Part shown: positions 23,627 to 38,879 of the stretch, piece by piece
How positions within the stretch are numbered: the first letter of the stretch is position 1
Layout: each line of letters starts with the position of its first letter
NCBI GenBank assembly: GCA_963727895.1
Contig: CAVSHT010000013.1
Coordinates: 121,280-185,279, forward strand
Direction of reading: 5' to 3'
Source of the DNA: an uncultured Methanosarcinaceae archaeon
GTDB lineage: Archaea; Halobacteriota; Methanosarcinia; Methanosarcinales; Methanosarcinaceae
DNA length: 64,000 bases
Notes under the pieces: generated by a model
Databases searched by the model: none
What the model saw: only the letters and a program-made list of their open reading frames with translations
Told to the model about the DNA's origin: nothing
Translations under genes and position numbers: made by a program

Positions 23627-25072
23627 TTGATGGAAAAGATCATGAAAAATATTACCCTTGTAAATGGATATGTGGAAAATCGAAAATATTCTCTATTTCT
23701 TATATTTCTGGTATTATCCGGATTTATATTAAGATTTTATCACCTTGGCTTCGATTCTTTATGGCTGGATGAGGCAGCCACCCATAGCTACGCAAAAGAG
23801 TCATTTTTAGGAATATTGCAATCAACCCTCATGGGAACAGAATTTCATCCCCCTGTATTTTACTGGCTTGAACACATAATGCTTTATTGTGGAGATAATG
23901 AAGTTGTTCTTCGTTTTATTCCTGCTATCGTAGGTGTGCTCACAATTCCTATATTTTATCTTATTGGAGTAGAATATATAGACAGAAACACTGGTTTATT
24001 ATCAGCAACCCTGCTAACTTTTTCGCCTTTTAACATATATTATTCTCAAGAAGCAAGATCTTATACTCTATTTATGCTTCTTTTTTCAATTTCACTTTTA
24101 TTCTATCTCAAGACCTTGAAATCAACCAATGTAAGGAATTGGATATTGTTTGGAATATTTTCTTCGCTCACTCTTTGGATACACTACTAAGCTTTAATTC
24201 CTATAGGGTTACTTTATTTTCATTCCTTAATTATTAATTCAAGAAAAAGAAAGGAGAATATTAAAAGCGTTAGTTATATAGGGATATCTTTTTTCACATT
24301 CATTTTGTTGAGTTTTCCGTTAATTATTAAAGTAATCAGTCTCTTTCTTGTAAAGACTTCTTCAGCTCCAACCTGGGGAATGGAAGGAACAAGAATAATA
24401 TCACAAACTTTTATACAATTTTCTGATTACAATAAAATAGTTTGCATCATATTTTTGCTTTTATTCATTGCTGGGATTGCTTTTAATATTACTACAAATA
24501 TCAACAAATCCCTGCTCTTGATATACTTGATGTTTTTCTCCTTATTGATTAGCTATATTATCTCACCAAAGATGTCTATGGAACCTCGTTACCTGATTTA
24601 TCTTTTTCCAATTTTTTCCCTGGGAATTGCTTCTTCTTATAATGCATTTAATTTAAAAGTTAATACTAAAAGTGTAATTTATTTAGTAATTATTCTCACA
24701 ATTGTGACTAGCTTCCCTTATTTAAGTCATTATTATTCGGGTTTTCATAAAAACGACTGGCGAGGGTTTTCAAAAAATATTCAGCAGATGACATATGAGA
24801 ATGATGTCGTCGTTGTACTTCCAAAATACATGGCAAAGCCTCTTAATTATTATTACGATAATAAGAGTGATCAAACTTATGAATATAAAACATCAAATTC
24901 CGTACAGCTCCAGAAAATATATAGTCATAATAAAGGTCACCAAATATATTATGTAGTGGGCATAGCCCATCTTAATGCGGCAAATCCTGAGGGAGATGCA
25001 TCTCAATGGTTAAAAAACAATACAAAGTTATTGAAAAAATATAGGGGTATCTATTTATATAGCTCTAAATAA
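23627..25072 (+). pseudogene. GT39/PMT-family glycosyltransferase with one in-frame TAA
   Basis: LWLDE, HPP and YSQEARSY motifs; TAA at 24188-24190, after which the same frame stays open to 25072. Confidence 0.85.
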
Positions 25073-25181
25073 TTTTTATGATAAATAAAAGCTAAGTTTA
25101 TTTTAAAACGATTTATTTTCACAGCAAAAATTGCAAACCTCTTTCCAAATCAAAAACTTAATAATATTTTAGACACATTTG

Positions 25182-25376
25182 AGAGCTATTCGATAAGTCC
25201 TGATGCTATAAATTGCAGTTATCCTCTATTGGCACTTAGAAAAATGTCTGCTGGAAGTTCTCAAGTTTGATGACATTCCAGAATTCGGTAGAAATATTGT
25301 AATAGTACCAGTTTTTTCGTGTTTTCATAACCGAAATTACCCCAAAATTTATTAATTCTACTTTTCGGATAGGCTT
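25182..25376. mobile_element. Possible degenerate MITE
   Basis: Imperfect terminal IRs AGAGCTATTCGATAAGT / ACTTTTCGGATAGGCTT; non-coding interior. Confidence 0.4.
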
Positions 25377-25714
25377 TTTGCGGACTCTAAATATTTTTAG
25401 TTATTAGAATTTTATATTAGACTCCACTTCCATAAAAACGAGATTCAAAAATCAAATTGTAAGTTTAAGATTAAGCTCATGATTTTAAGTACCTGAATAA
25501 AAGTTTTAATTACTAATCGCCTTAAACCAATTGTTAAGAACTTCAAATTTCACAATCCCAGAAAGTTTTTATACTCATTTAGAAGGTTATCATTAACTTC
25601 AATACATATCTCCAAAAAGTCCGAATATAAACAATTATAGTAAAGCAGAAATCTTACTCTGGATATTTGCAAATTAGAAATTTAGATCGATTTTTCAACA
25701 TGAGGTAAAATTTC

Positions 25715-27580
25715 ATGGAAATCCCTATTGCAGAAGAACTTGCCAAAAATCAAAAATCAATAAGTGTCGCAGAATTTTTTGAAAAAAACAGGCAAATCCT
25801 TGGTTTTGACTCGGCTCCTCGAAGCCTAATAACAACTGTAAAAGAAGCTGTTGATAATTCACTGGATGCCTGCGAAGAAGCAGGTATTCTGCCTGATATT
25901 CTTGTCCAGATAGAAAGAACTGGACAGGATTATGTCACTGTAATTATAGAAGATAACGGTCCTGGAATTGTAAAAGAGCAAATTCCTAAAGTCTTTGCCA
26001 AGCTTCTCTATGGTTCCAGGTTTCATGCCCTCAAACAAAGCAGAGGACAGCAAGGAATAGGGATTTCCGCAGCCGTACTCTATGCCCAGATGACTGCAGG
26101 CAGGCATACGAAGATTCTTTCTAAAACCAGTTCCAACGCCCCTGCACACTATTATGAGCTTATGATCAATACCAGCACGAATGAACCAGATATCCTGAAA
26201 GACGATATAAAGGACTGGTTCCGCCCGCATGGAACTCAGATCGAGCTGGAAATGAAGGCTGCTTATGTAAAAGGAAGGAGACAATCCATTTACGAGTACC
26301 TCAAAGCCACAGCAATTGTAAATCCCCATGCGAGAATTACCTTAATAGATCCAGATGGCATTGAAGAGGTCTTTGAAAGAGCCACGGATAAAATGCCCAA
26401 GCCGGCAGAGGAAATACTTCCCCATCCTGAAGGCATAGAGCTTGGAACTCTTATGAAGATGCTTCATTACACTGAACGCCAGAAGCTTGCTCCATTCCTT
26501 CGTTATTCTTTCTGCAAAATAGGTCTGTTTACTGCCGATGAAATCTGCAAAGCTGCAGGGCTTGACCCTGAAATCGACCCTCATTCTCTGGGCCGCCACG
26601 AGGCCAGAAAGTTAATTGAAGCTTTTGAAAAAGTAAAGATCATGGCTCCTCCTACTGATTGCCTTTCCCCAATTGGAGAAGAACTTATTTATAGAGGACT
26701 TGAAAAAGAAATAAATGTGGATTTTATTGCCACAAGCACTCGAAAACCTGCGGTATATTCCGGAAATCCTTTTGTAGTGGAAGTTGGGCTTGCCTATGGT
26801 GGAAACCTTCCGAAAGAAGACAAAATAAGCATAATGCGTTTTGCCAACCGTGTACCTTTGCTGTACCAACAGGGAGGTTGCGTGACTACACATGCAATAG
26901 AAGACATTAAATGGAAGCAATACGGCTTAAACCAACCAGGAGGAGGAATTCCTGTTGGTCCTGCTATCCTTCTTATTCATGTTGCTTCTATTAACGTTCC
27001 ATTTACCTCGGAATCAAAAGATGCAATTGCTGATATCCCTGTAATAAAGGACGAAGTAGACCTTGCAGTAAAAGAAGTTGCAAGGAAACTCAAACATTAT
27101 TTGAGCAAACAGAGCAACCTTAAAAAGCGAAGGGAAAAAGAAATTATCATTACAAAGGTACTTCCTAAAATGGCAGTAAAAGTTGCAAATATCTTAGAAA
27201 AAGATGTTCCTGACATCAACCCTGTTGTTGCAAGGATTATGGGAAATTTGCTTGTACACAGGAAAGTAAAGAAAAACGAGGATGGAACTGCAGATGTCAG
27301 AATAAAAGTTAAGAATTTTGGAACTTCTACGTGCGCTTTTAAAGTTCATGAGATGCTGCCCTGGACAGTAATCAAAGCAAGTCCAGAGCCAAAAGTTGTG
27401 ACTCTGGGCAATGATTACGATTATGTATGGGATATTTCAGCAGCAGTCGAGTCTTCAAAGATTCTTAGCTATAGAATAGAATCTGTAACGGATTACGAAC
27501 TTGGAAAGCTTCCTGACCTGATTGTGGAAGGGCTAGAGGAAGAGCTTGTAACCGGCGCAAAAGCCTTTAAGAGGGTATAA
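25715..27580 (+). CDS. top6B: DNA topoisomerase VI subunit B
   Basis: GHKL motifs ([22 protein letters not shown]), RFANRVPL and PFTSESK. Confidence 0.97.
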   Translation: MEIPIAEELAKNQKSISVAEFFEKNRQILGFDSAPRSLITTVKEAVDNSLDACEEAGILPDILVQIERTGQDYVTVIIEDNGPGIVKEQIPKVFAKLLYGSRFHALKQSRGQQGIGISAAVLYAQMTAGRHTKILSKTSSNAPAHYYELMINTSTNEPDILKDDIKDWFRPHGTQIELEMKAAYVKGRRQSIYEYLKATAIVNPHARITLIDPDGIEEVFERATDKMPKPAEEILPHPEGIELGTLMKMLHYTERQKLAPFLRYSFCKIGLFTADEICKAAGLDPEIDPHSLGRHEARKLIEAFEKVKIMAPPTDCLSPIGEELIYRGLEKEINVDFIATSTRKPAVYSGNPFVVEVGLAYGGNLPKEDKISIMRFANRVPLLYQQGGCVTTHAIEDIKWKQYGLNQPGGGIPVGPAILLIHVASINVPFTSESKDAIADIPVIKDEVDLAVKEVARKLKHYLSKQSNLKKRREKEIIITKVLPKMAVKVANILEKDVPDINPVVARIMGNLLVHRKVKKNEDGTADVRIKVKNFGTSTCAFKVHEMLPWTVIKASPEPKVVTLGNDYDYVWDISAAVESSKILSYRIESVTDYELGKLPDLIVEGLEEELVTGAKAFKRV

Positions 27581-27581
27581 A

Positions 27582-28691
27582 ATGGCCAGCGAAACAAATA
27601 GCAAAACAGCCCAGGGAGACGCTCTTGCAAAAGAAAAGCTGCTTGAACTTGCAGAGAAAATATACAACCAGTTTGAAGATGAGGTTGTCCCGAGTGTTGT
27701 TCTTCCGAGCCGGACAAAGGCAAACATAGAATATTCCGATGAGAGTGATGTCTGGGTTTACGGAAACAGAGAAAGCGAAAGAAGCGCAAAAACCGTAAAA
27801 GGAGCATTTCAGCTTCTGAAAACCACTTATGTGACAGATTTTCTTATAAATGAGCATTTATCCCATAACCGCGGCTCAACACTTCGAGAACTTTACTATA
27901 TTTCAGAAGGCTGGGAAGCTGCGAAATTCAAAGAGCAGGCTGAAAGTGATCGCCTGATCGAAGACCTTGAACTCCTTACAACCCTTCAAAGAGAGTTTTT
28001 CCATATGCGCCCTGAAGAAGACGGGGCTACCATGTTTGGACCTATTGAAATCATAGAAAAGACAAAAAGGGGAGAACGGAATATCCATTGTCAGAAGGAC
28101 GTGGGAGAAGGAGGATATCAGATCCCTTTTAACGTTGAAAACATCGAATTTAAAGTCCATGATGCAAGCATGATAATTGCTATAGAGACTGGTGGTATGT
28201 ACGCACGTTTGATGGAAAACGGGTTTGATGAAGCTTACAATGCGATTCTTGTTCATCTCAAAGGCCAGCCTGCAAGGTCAACCCGCAGGATTATCAAACG
28301 TATGAACGAGGAATTAGGTATCCCTGTAGCTGTTTTTACAGACGGCGACCCCTGGTCTTATAGAATCTATGCCTCTGTTGCCTACGGGGCTATAAAAAGT
28401 GCCCATCTATCGGAATATATGGCAACTCCTGCAGCGAAATTCCTTGGTCTTCAACCTTCAGATATAGTCGAATACGAACTATCGACTGACAAACTTACCG
28501 ATCAGGATATTAACGCACTGAGGAGTGAACTTTCCGACCCGCGTTTTGAATCTGACTACTGGAAAGAACAAATCCAGCTCCAGCTTGATATAGGAAAAAA
28601 GGCTGAACAGCAGGCTTTTGCAGGCAAAGGTCTTGATTTCGTAACTGAAGTATACCTGCCAAATAGGCTCAGAGAAATGGGTATGCTATAA
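27582..28691 (+). CDS. top6A: DNA topoisomerase VI subunit A
   Basis: [21 protein letters not shown] and KAEQQA motifs. Confidence 0.97.
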   Translation: MASETNSKTAQGDALAKEKLLELAEKIYNQFEDEVVPSVVLPSRTKANIEYSDESDVWVYGNRESERSAKTVKGAFQLLKTTYVTDFLINEHLSHNRGSTLRELYYISEGWEAAKFKEQAESDRLIEDLELLTTLQREFFHMRPEEDGATMFGPIEIIEKTKRGERNIHCQKDVGEGGYQIPFNVENIEFKVHDASMIIAIETGGMYARLMENGFDEAYNAILVHLKGQPARSTRRIIKRMNEELGIPVAVFTDGDPWSYRIYASVAYGAIKSAHLSEYMATPAAKFLGLQPSDIVEYELSTDKLTDQDINALRSELSDPRFESDYWKEQIQLQLDIGKKAEQQAFAGKGLDFVTEVYLPNRLREMGML

Positions 28692-28693
28692 CG

Positions 28694-28785
28694 CCCGAGT
28701 CCCGTCTCGGGAGGACGGTGCCCTTTTCGCTACCCGAATTTCGCTTCGGGAGCACGAAGCCCTTTTCGCTTCGCTCAAGAGGGCT
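28694..28785. repeat. GC-rich multi-hairpin palindromic element downstream of top6A
   Basis: Stems CCCGAG/CTCGGG, CCCGAA/TTCGGG and AGCCCTTTT/AAGAGGGCT; GCCCTTTTCGCT occurs twice. Confidence 0.65.
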
Positions 28786-29387
28786 AAGTTATGGACAAAA
28801 GAATCGTGTTTTAATAAAAGTCCCAGTTAAATTTTTAGTGAGTTATGATGTAAAAAAACTTTGTTTATATATTAAGACATTATAAGTGTATTTTAGTTGA
28901 CCCATTAGTTTAGAAATTACTTTTGAATTATAGAAAAATATACCCTGAGAACTTAATACGTAAAGGTCTGTTAAAAAATATTTAACTGCCGTGACTTGTA
29001 CTTTGGACCTACTGTGGAAGACGAATTTTTCCTGGCGAAACAGCGAATATTAATTTAAACTAAAGACGTACTAAAAAATTAATATGAAAGGGGTATAATT
29101 TGGTTCAAAATTATGCTAAAAACATCTGTTTTGAGAGGATGAATTCTGAAAAATCTTATATAATTTTCAGGGAATCTAAAGGCTTAAAATGTATGAGCGC
29201 ATATTGAATTTTATTCGTGGCAGAAAAGATGATGTAAAAGTATAAAAAGCTGAAAATAAAAATTGTAGGCTTATAGAATTGATATGATTTCTAAGATCTA
29301 TTTTAACAAAAGTTTCCCCGTTAATTTTTAAAAAAAAGAATAATGTCACATGATTTAGCTAATCTACTAGATTTTTATGGAGAATAA

Positions 29388-31295
<1,908 letters not shown>

Positions 31296-31306
31296 GGTGG
31301 CGAAAA

Positions 31307-34123
31307 ATGGCAAAATATGAAGATGAGAAGAAATCCGAAGATGAATTGAATAAATCTTATCAGGCTACCCTAATCCCCGAAGATAAAGATGATGAGGCGG
31401 AAAATGAGAACGGTTCAGCCGCCCTTACACAGAAAGATTCGGGCAAAAAACTGGAATTAAATGTATCTGACCCTTCTTCGGATGAGCCTGAGGATGAAGA
31501 TCCAGAGCCAGAAAGAAGTGGAGTTACTACCACCCTTCTCGAAAACGAGATGAAACGTTCTTACATCAACTACGCAATGAGCGTAATCGTTGGAAGAGCG
31601 CTTCCAGATGCCCGTGACGGTTTAAAACCAGTTCACCGCAGAATCCTTTTTGCAATGAAAGAGGCAGGGATTACCCATGACAAGGCTTACAAAAAATCAG
31701 CCCGTGTGGTGGGAGATGTGCTCGGTAAATACCACCCACATGGAGATACTGCGGTTTATGACAGTATTGTGCGTATGGTTCAGACGTTCTCACTTCGTTA
31801 TCCTTTAATTGATGGACAGGGAAACTTTGGGTCTATTGATGGAGATTCGGCTGCTGCCATGCGTTACACTGAAGTCCGCATGGACAGAATCGCAGAAGAA
31901 ATGCTGGTAGATATTGATAAGGAAACCGTTCCCTTCATGCCAAATTATGATGGGTCACTAGAAGAGCCCGAGGTTCTTCCTGCAAAACTTCCGAACCTTC
32001 TTGTCAATGGATCCACAGGTATTGCAGTGGGAATGGCAACAAACATGCCTACCCATAATATAGGCGAGGTAATTGACGGAACCCTCATGCTTATCGAGAA
32101 CCCTGAAACTACGATTCCAGATCTTATGACTGTAATCAAAGGGCCTGATTTCCCTACAGGTGCACATATTATCGGAACTTCAGGCATGAAATCAGCATAC
32201 ATGACCGGACGAGGATCTTTAAAGATTCGAGCAGTTGCTGAGATCCAGGAGATAAAGAAAGACAAACAGCAGATTATCGTAACCGAGCTTCCCTACCAGG
32301 TAAACAAAGCCAGGATGATTGAAAATATTGCCCAGCTAGTTCGGGAAAAGACAATCGTTGGAATCTCAGACCTTCGAGATGAGTCTGACAGGGACGGAAT
32401 CAGGGTTGTTATCGAGCTTTCTCGGGGTACAAATCCAAAAGTTGTTTTAAACCAGCTTTATAAGCACACTCAAATGGCGACTACTTTTGGGATAATCAAT
32501 CTGGCTATCATTGATGGAAAACCAAGAGAGCTGAACCTGAAGGAACTTATTGAGATTTACCTGGAATATAGGATCGAAATTATCCAGAAGCGGACGCTTT
32601 ATGACCTCAGGAAAAGTGAGGAAAGGGCCCATATCCTTGACGGGCTCAAGATTGCCCTGGATAATATAGATGAGATAGTGACTCTTATAAAGGGATCAGC
32701 AAATGCTGAAGAAGCAAAGCAGGGGCTAATTGAGAATTATTCCCTTGATGAGATTCAGTCGAAAGCCATTCTTGATATGCGTCTGCAACGCTTAACAGGG
32801 CTTGAAACCCAAAAGGTGATTGAGGAGCTTGAAGGCCTTGTAAAACTAATTGGCGAGCTTAATAAAATCCTTGAAAGCGATGAGATCAAGTACCAAATAA
32901 TTAAAAACGAACTTCTGGAGCTCAAGGAAAAATATGGGGATGCCCGCAGGACAAAAATCGTGCAAGATACGTCTGAGGTCAGGGAAGAGGATCTTATTCA
33001 TGAAGAGGATGTTGTTGTCACGATTACAAATGGAGGCTACATAAAACGCATCCCACTCAAAACTTACAGCATGCAGCGCCGTGGAGGAAAGGGCATAATA
33101 GGTATGGAGATGAAGGAAGAAGACTTTGTGGAAAATCTCTTCATTTCTTCAACCCACAATTATATTCTTTTCTTTACAAATCTTGGCAGGCTTTACTGGC
33201 AGAAAGTCTATGAAATCCCTGAAGGTTCCAGGCAGTCAAAAGGTAAAGCCATAGTAAACCTTCTGGAGCTTCAGGAAGGCGAAACGATCAGCGCCATGAT
33301 CACTATCAAAGAGTTTGATGAAAACCACTATCTGCTTATGGCAACAAGGTCAGGTACTATTAAAAAGACCGCTCTGTCGGAATTCAAGAACCCGAGGAAA
33401 GCTGGCATAATTGCAGTTACCCTAGAAGAGGGTGACGAGCTTGTGAGAGTGCTCCTTACCGATGGAAAAAGAGAAGTTTTGATGGTTTCAAAGAAAGGCA
33501 AAGCTATCCGCTTCCCTGAAGAGGAGGTCCGTCCCATGGGCAGAACCGCAAAAGGTGTCCGTGGTATGACTCTTGAAAGCTCTGATGATGAAGTTGTCAG
33601 CCTTGACCTTGTTGACGAAACTACAACCCTCCTGACCGTGACTGAAAACGGCTTCGGCAAGCGAACCAGATACTCCCAGTATCCCCCGCACCACCGCGGC
33701 GGAAAAGGCGTGATAACAATTATTACGAATTCGAGGAACGGGCCGGTCTCAAGAGTTAGATCCGTAGCCGATGACGATGAACTTATTTTCACCAGCGCTG
33801 ACGGTATCATTATCCGTATTCCTGCAAAAGAGATCTCGATCCAGGGCAGAAACACCCAGGGTGTAAGAATTATGAATCTGAAATCCGGTGACAAAGTAGC
33901 AGGTATAGCGAGGATCGAAAGTGAAAAAGACGATAAAAACCTGAAACTCACAGCTTTTAACGGTAAAGAGATCGCAGAAGCAATTGAAACCGAGGATGAA
34001 GTAGAGGTTTTTGAAGGAGAAGCTGAAGAACTCGATGAGTTTGACGAGTTAGAAGACATTGAAGCTGCCGACGAAGCCGAGGAAACCGAAGAATTAGAAA
34101 AGGATGACGACAAAGAAAAATAA
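31307..34123 (+). CDS. gyrA: DNA gyrase subunit A with acidic N- and C-terminal extensions
   Basis: [28 protein letters not shown] and GyrA-box QRRGGKG; start at 31307 or 31292. Confidence 0.98.
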   Translation: MAKYEDEKKSEDELNKSYQATLIPEDKDDEAENENGSAALTQKDSGKKLELNVSDPSSDEPEDEDPEPERSGVTTTLLENEMKRSYINYAMSVIVGRALPDARDGLKPVHRRILFAMKEAGITHDKAYKKSARVVGDVLGKYHPHGDTAVYDSIVRMVQTFSLRYPLIDGQGNFGSIDGDSAAAMRYTEVRMDRIAEEMLVDIDKETVPFMPNYDGSLEEPEVLPAKLPNLLVNGSTGIAVGMATNMPTHNIGEVIDGTLMLIENPETTIPDLMTVIKGPDFPTGAHIIGTSGMKSAYMTGRGSLKIRAVAEIQEIKKDKQQIIVTELPYQVNKARMIENIAQLVREKTIVGISDLRDESDRDGIRVVIELSRGTNPKVVLNQLYKHTQMATTFGIINLAIIDGKPRELNLKELIEIYLEYRIEIIQKRTLYDLRKSEERAHILDGLKIALDNIDEIVTLIKGSANAEEAKQGLIENYSLDEIQSKAILDMRLQRLTGLETQKVIEELEGLVKLIGELNKILESDEIKYQIIKNELLELKEKYGDARRTKIVQDTSEVREEDLIHEEDVVVTITNGGYIKRIPLKTYSMQRRGGKGIIGMEMKEEDFVENLFISSTHNYILFFTNLGRLYWQKVYEIPEGSRQSKGKAIVNLLELQEGETISAMITIKEFDENHYLLMATRSGTIKKTALSEFKNPRKAGIIAVTLEEGDELVRVLLTDGKREVLMVSKKGKAIRFPEEEVRPMGRTAKGVRGMTLESSDDEVVSLDLVDETTTLLTVTENGFGKRTRYSQYPPHHRGGKGVITIITNSRNGPVSRVRSVADDDELIFTSADGIIIRIPAKEISIQGRNTQGVRIMNLKSGDKVAGIARIESEKDDKNLKLTAFNGKEIAEAIETEDEVEVFEGEAEELDEFDELEDIEAADEAEETEELEKDDDKEK

Positions 34124-34823
34124 AGACGAAAACGAAATTTAATAAAAGAGAATAAAATTGAATAAGACTGAATAACACACACGAGTGAAGAAAAATAATT
34201 CTTCACTCAAAGTGCTGCCGGAGTAAAGCTTTTTTTTGGAATTATTTTTCGGCAGCGGACTTTTTGTCCAAAAGGAAACCAGTAAGTGAGCTTAGTTTTT
34301 GGGACGAGTTTTTGAACTTTTTTATATTTAGTGCTAGAAGGTATAGTTCTTAGAATTATCAGATTTATCATCAGATCTTATTCTGCGAATCTGAAAATTT
34401 GTTTAGGCAATTTTTGTTGGCATTTTTAAGTTTTATGAATAAAAGCTAAACTAGAATATTATTTATAGAAAAATTTAGATATTTTCTGATTACCTGTTGA
34501 TTATATGGATTATTGTTTTTAAAGATGATTTAGTTTTGTTACTTTTTAAAAACCAATTCAATAGCAGCTAAGTTTACAGAATGAATAAAGAAAATTCTGA
34601 AAGATTGGATATAAAGTAACATTTATAAAAAATTATATAAATAAAGATTGCCAAAATAAAATATTTTTTATATAAAATATTAGCCGATGTGAAAAAGTTG
34701 TATATACTTGAACCGCCTTTTAACTTATAACTCACCATTAAACGAAATTAAAGAAAGTATGTTTATAAAAAATATAGTCCGACTAATGGTGGGGGGGGGG
34801 TTAGCACAAAAGGAGGAAAAAGA

Positions 34824-35138
34824 ATGCAAAAAGTAGAGTTATTGCCACCTATTAATGCAAAAGTTGGAGAGACATTTGAAATTTCGATACCATCAAACCC
34901 CGCTTCAACCGGCTACAATTGTTTACTGTCAGAGATGCCAGGTTGTGTTTATTTTGTAGAATCAAGCTTTGTACCCGACCAGCCCACTATGCCAGGAAAA
35001 GGTGGAACTAGCAAGTTTAAATTTGTTGCAGTAAAAAAAGGCGAAGGCAAAATTAATTTCCACAGCGTGAAATTCTCTCATCCTCTTGATATATTGGACC
35101 CTACACCTATGCAACAAAGATTTGTTAAAGTCGAGTAG
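34824..35138 (+). CDS. Chagasin-family (I42) cysteine protease inhibitor
   Basis: GETFEISIPSNPASTGY, PGKGG...FKF motifs; AGGAGG RBS; ends TAG-TAA. Confidence 0.8.
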   Translation: MQKVELLPPINAKVGETFEISIPSNPASTGYNCLLSEMPGCVYFVESSFVPDQPTMPGKGGTSKFKFVAVKKGEGKINFHSVKFSHPLDILDPTPMQQRFVKVE

Positions 35139-35471
35139 TAAAATGGCTTTATTTTTTCCATTTATTTTTTCATTTTTTGACATAACTATTCATTCTATTT
35201 TACTCTGATTATTATTCAATAACCTATCCTCAACATTTTTTTGCAGATTTTTCATACTCAGGGTCGTTTTGATTTTCGATGAATCTTAAAACAGGGTACC
35301 ATAGGACTGCAAAGTAGGCGGCGAAGTGAGAAAATTATGAAATGATTTATGAGACTTTCCTAATGAATCGTAGTCATCAGGAGTTTCTATTTTATATAAT
35401 CTCGTTTAACAATGTTGTAAGATATTTTAAAAGAAAGTAAGTAAATAAAAATAGGTTTTAAAAATCAGTTT

Positions 35472-37257
35472 TTATTTATCGGCTTTTTCACTTGAACATT
35501 TAGAAGCCACTTTCCAGAGATAACATAGACTCAATGCAAGCCACCACAGGTATCTAATCTCAAAAGAAAATTTATACTCATTATAATCAATCAGTCCGTG
35601 TGCCATTCTATTTCTCAAGTTTGAGCCATAACGTTCAATTAGTAAACCTCTTAAATCAAAGACAATGTCTTCGGACACGATTTCGTTAAGTTCTCTCATT
35701 TTTAAAGTGACGTTAAGATCATACTCGTTTTGAATTCCATTTTGATCCAAACCTAATGCAATTATCCCATTATTGGTAAGAATGTATCTAATGGAATTCT
35801 CCAGTTGAGGAATAAGTAAATGTATGCTTGTTAAGTAATCTCCATCTAATCCAGCAAAAAGACCAGAAGCATATATAAATTCTCTTCCTATAGGAACAAA
35901 GGGACTATTTAAAACTAGTGGAAGAAAATCCTGGGCTGTAATTATATCCTGATCTTGAGTTATTTGTTGTCTCGTAGGTTCAATTGTACCCAAGAAGGAA
36001 TAGTGATGATAAATCTTTGCATGTTTGAACATGTTATTCTTAATAGCTTTATCTCTTTCTTCTGGATCGCTTGAAAGTGCTGACCCCCCACTAACTATTT
36101 GTTTACCGTCTTCATTCAAGATTTTAGTCGAAAAAAGGTGAGCCATTGGATAATCAGTTGCCATTTTTTTAACTTCATCTTTCAATTTAGAAATTTTAGG
36201 CGGGTGTGTTATTGATGCAAGTGTAAAAATAGCTTCTTGGAGTGTTTTCCCCTGAACAAGTTCCTTTACTTTCATAATTTAGTTCTCATGAATTGATATT
36301 TCGAACGGAATTTGACACATTTGTAACACGGATTTAGGTTGATACTCAAGGAGAAGGTGATGCAAATTTTCAATACGGGTTTTTTCATTTCCTATTTTTC
36401 TGTATTCTTGGATCGCATTTTCGATATGCCCGCAAGCGTTCAAGTAATCAGAAGGATTTTTGAGAATATCATTCTCTGCGTTTTTTACATAAGTTTCTGC
36501 TATATTTTTTAAAGCTTCTCTCTCTTCATTTTTATTTCCTCCCATACGATGCCATTTTGTCTTTGTTCTCCATGCACTTTCGGCTTTCCACCAGTTGTGA
36601 TCTTTTTCCGCTTCTAGTGCTATTTTCTCTGAAAGCAATGCATACTTTTCAATATCTCCCTTTTTATATTCTTGAAGAAGCTTCATCAGCTCTATAGATA
36701 GGAATTTTGGATCATCTCCTTTATATTTTTCAAGAACCACTTCAACATGCTTAATAGTATTTTCGAACGGTTGTGCCTTCTTCCCGATAGTTGCAGCTAA
36801 ATCAACTGCTCTTTTGATTCGATAAAAAGATGATATCCAGTGTTCAGGATCTTCCAATATCTTCGATGAATCTATATAAGAATCAATCGCAACTAACGCA
36901 CATTTGTAATCCTTCTTTTTTATCCAAAATACATCTGAAACTCTTGCTCTCATCTCTGCATCTGAAATATCTGGTATTATTTTTTTTAAAATTTCAAGGT
37001 ACTGCTCACTGATGTTATCCAGTTGCTCACATAAAATAAATGGCATTTCCCCGCCTTTCGTCAAAAACCGGAATGGTGATGAACTCTAAGATTTGAAATA
37101 TTTTTTTGTTTATTAGGTCTCCTCTTAATTCTGCTTCTTTTGCTTGATTAGAGAATTTTGTTCTATATTGAGAGCATTCTTTTTTATCACAGCTTAAAAT
37201 AACATCCTGACAGTTGGCTTTTTCAAAATCCTCTTTACTTAATAGTACATCCTCCAA
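35472..37257 (-). pseudogene. DUF4209-like protein with C-terminal HEPN-like RxxxxH motif, disrupted
   Basis: Three collinear fragments (frameshift near 37060, in-frame TAA at 36279-36281); HLLIPQLENSIR and NLRNRMAHG motifs. Confidence 0.7.
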
Positions 37258-37940
37258 AATTTCATCTCCTTTATTCTCTAATCCTCTGAAATAAATTGTG
37301 ACATTATTTGCCTATATCTTAATCTGATATCAAAGTAAAAAGACTAATCGAAATTCATAGAAATTCATAGAAAGTACATATAAATAAAACTAATCAAATG
37401 TTAAAAACAATTTTGAAATAATCCTAGTTTATTCAAACCGATTATCCTCCAATCCCTCCTCCCTTTTCCTTTTCCTGATGGCATATGCAACAATTCCCTG
37501 CTCTCCTTATCAAAAAAGAACCTGCAAACCGTTTTGAAATAAACCCAGTATTTAACATACTGATCTCTCATCGCTCAGCACGATAGTTATTGAACCATTT
37601 TCTTCAGACAGAAAATCTGTAGCATGATAATCGACTTTTTAAAAATATCTGTGCAGTAAAGTTTTTCTGCTCTCTTATAAAGAGCCAATCTGGAAGACTT
37701 CTCAGTTTTAAGAATTATATCAATAAATTTAATATACTTATTTGATTACATAGGAATTGTTCTTTATTTTTAGTGGGGACAAAAAATAAGAGCACTTTTA
37801 TAAATAGTGTAAAGTTGATTGAATAACCAAAAAATCGAAGATTTCTACAAAGTTCCTGAATAAAAAAAGGATTTATATACCACATATATCATGTGGTGTA
37901 TTTTGTGGGCATTAGTCAAAAAACATAAAAGGTTGATACT

Positions 37941-38369
37941 ATGAACCATGATACAAATCGGGACAGAAAGAGTGAAGAAATAGAAAATTATGAAGGGGCG
38001 GAACTTGAGCTTCGTGACATATCCATTCCAAACACGGACAATATACTATATTCAATTTTAAATTCCTTAAACAATAATATTGCAAACTTTTATGCTTACA
38101 CGAAGTTCAAAGACTATATATCTGATAAAACACTGGATATGGAATTGCTCAAAAAAAGCATGAGCATCCACAGGGATTTTTCAGCTCTATTATTGCACAC
38201 CAAAGAAGAGCTAGTACTTGTTTATCCAGATTTTATGGAAAAAGCTGAAAAGCTTTTATTTAAGGGAAAAACAGACACAGATTTTGTAAATTATACTCGT
38301 AAGATGTGCAAATTAATAAAAGAGTATAAGATAATACTATACAAGGAAGGATGTTTGCCTGATATTTGA
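37941..38369 (+). CDS. Hypothetical protein
   Basis: 142-aa ORF with an upstream AGGTTGA; no recognisable motif. Confidence 0.55.
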   Translation: MNHDTNRDRKSEEIENYEGAELELRDISIPNTDNILYSILNSLNNNIANFYAYTKFKDYISDKTLDMELLKKSMSIHRDFSALLLHTKEELVLVYPDFMEKAEKLLFKGKTDTDFVNYTRKMCKLIKEYKIILYKEGCLPDI

Positions 38370-38464
38370 TGAAACCTCGCTGAGGTATTTCTGATTTTTG
38401 GCATTTTCCCAAAACAACAAAATAAAACATTTTTTACAGGAAGATCTTGAAAGAGGTCTGTCAA

Positions 38465-38660
38465 ATGGTAAAACGAATGATAGTAAAAGTTGATGAAAAA
38501 AGTGTACAGGCTGCGGAAAATGTATTGCGCCCTGTGCCGAAGGTGCCCTTAAAATTATCAACGGAAAGGCAAAAAAGTCGTATCTGAAGAATTTTGTGAT
38601 GGAATGGGATTTTGCGTCGGCATCTGCCCAGAAGGTGCACTTTCTGTCGAATGCTGGTGA
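38465..38660 (+). pseudogene. 2x[4Fe-4S] ferredoxin-like fragment, frameshifted
   Basis: Manual reading gives CTGCGKCIAPCAEGAL and FCDGMGFCVGICPEGAL across A-run frameshifts. Confidence 0.75.
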
Positions 38661-38879
38661 TGTAGAATTTAGAGTCTTTTTAATTTTTTCTGGTTTTTCT
38701 GCGATTCTATAATAACAATGGAATTCTATCCAAATTCATTAAACTCATTTCCTCATTTTGGAAAAGTTGATCCACTTATTTTTAACTTTTTTATACATAT
38801 TTCTGATTTTTTCAAAATCATTCGATAGCTACCGCTGTAAAGTTGCATGTTTATAGTGGAAGTTTCCATTCACCCTTTA

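Noticed and set aside
33328..34206. 292-aa Ser-rich minus-strand ORF
   Set aside because: Antisense shadow of the Glu/Asp-rich end of gyrA
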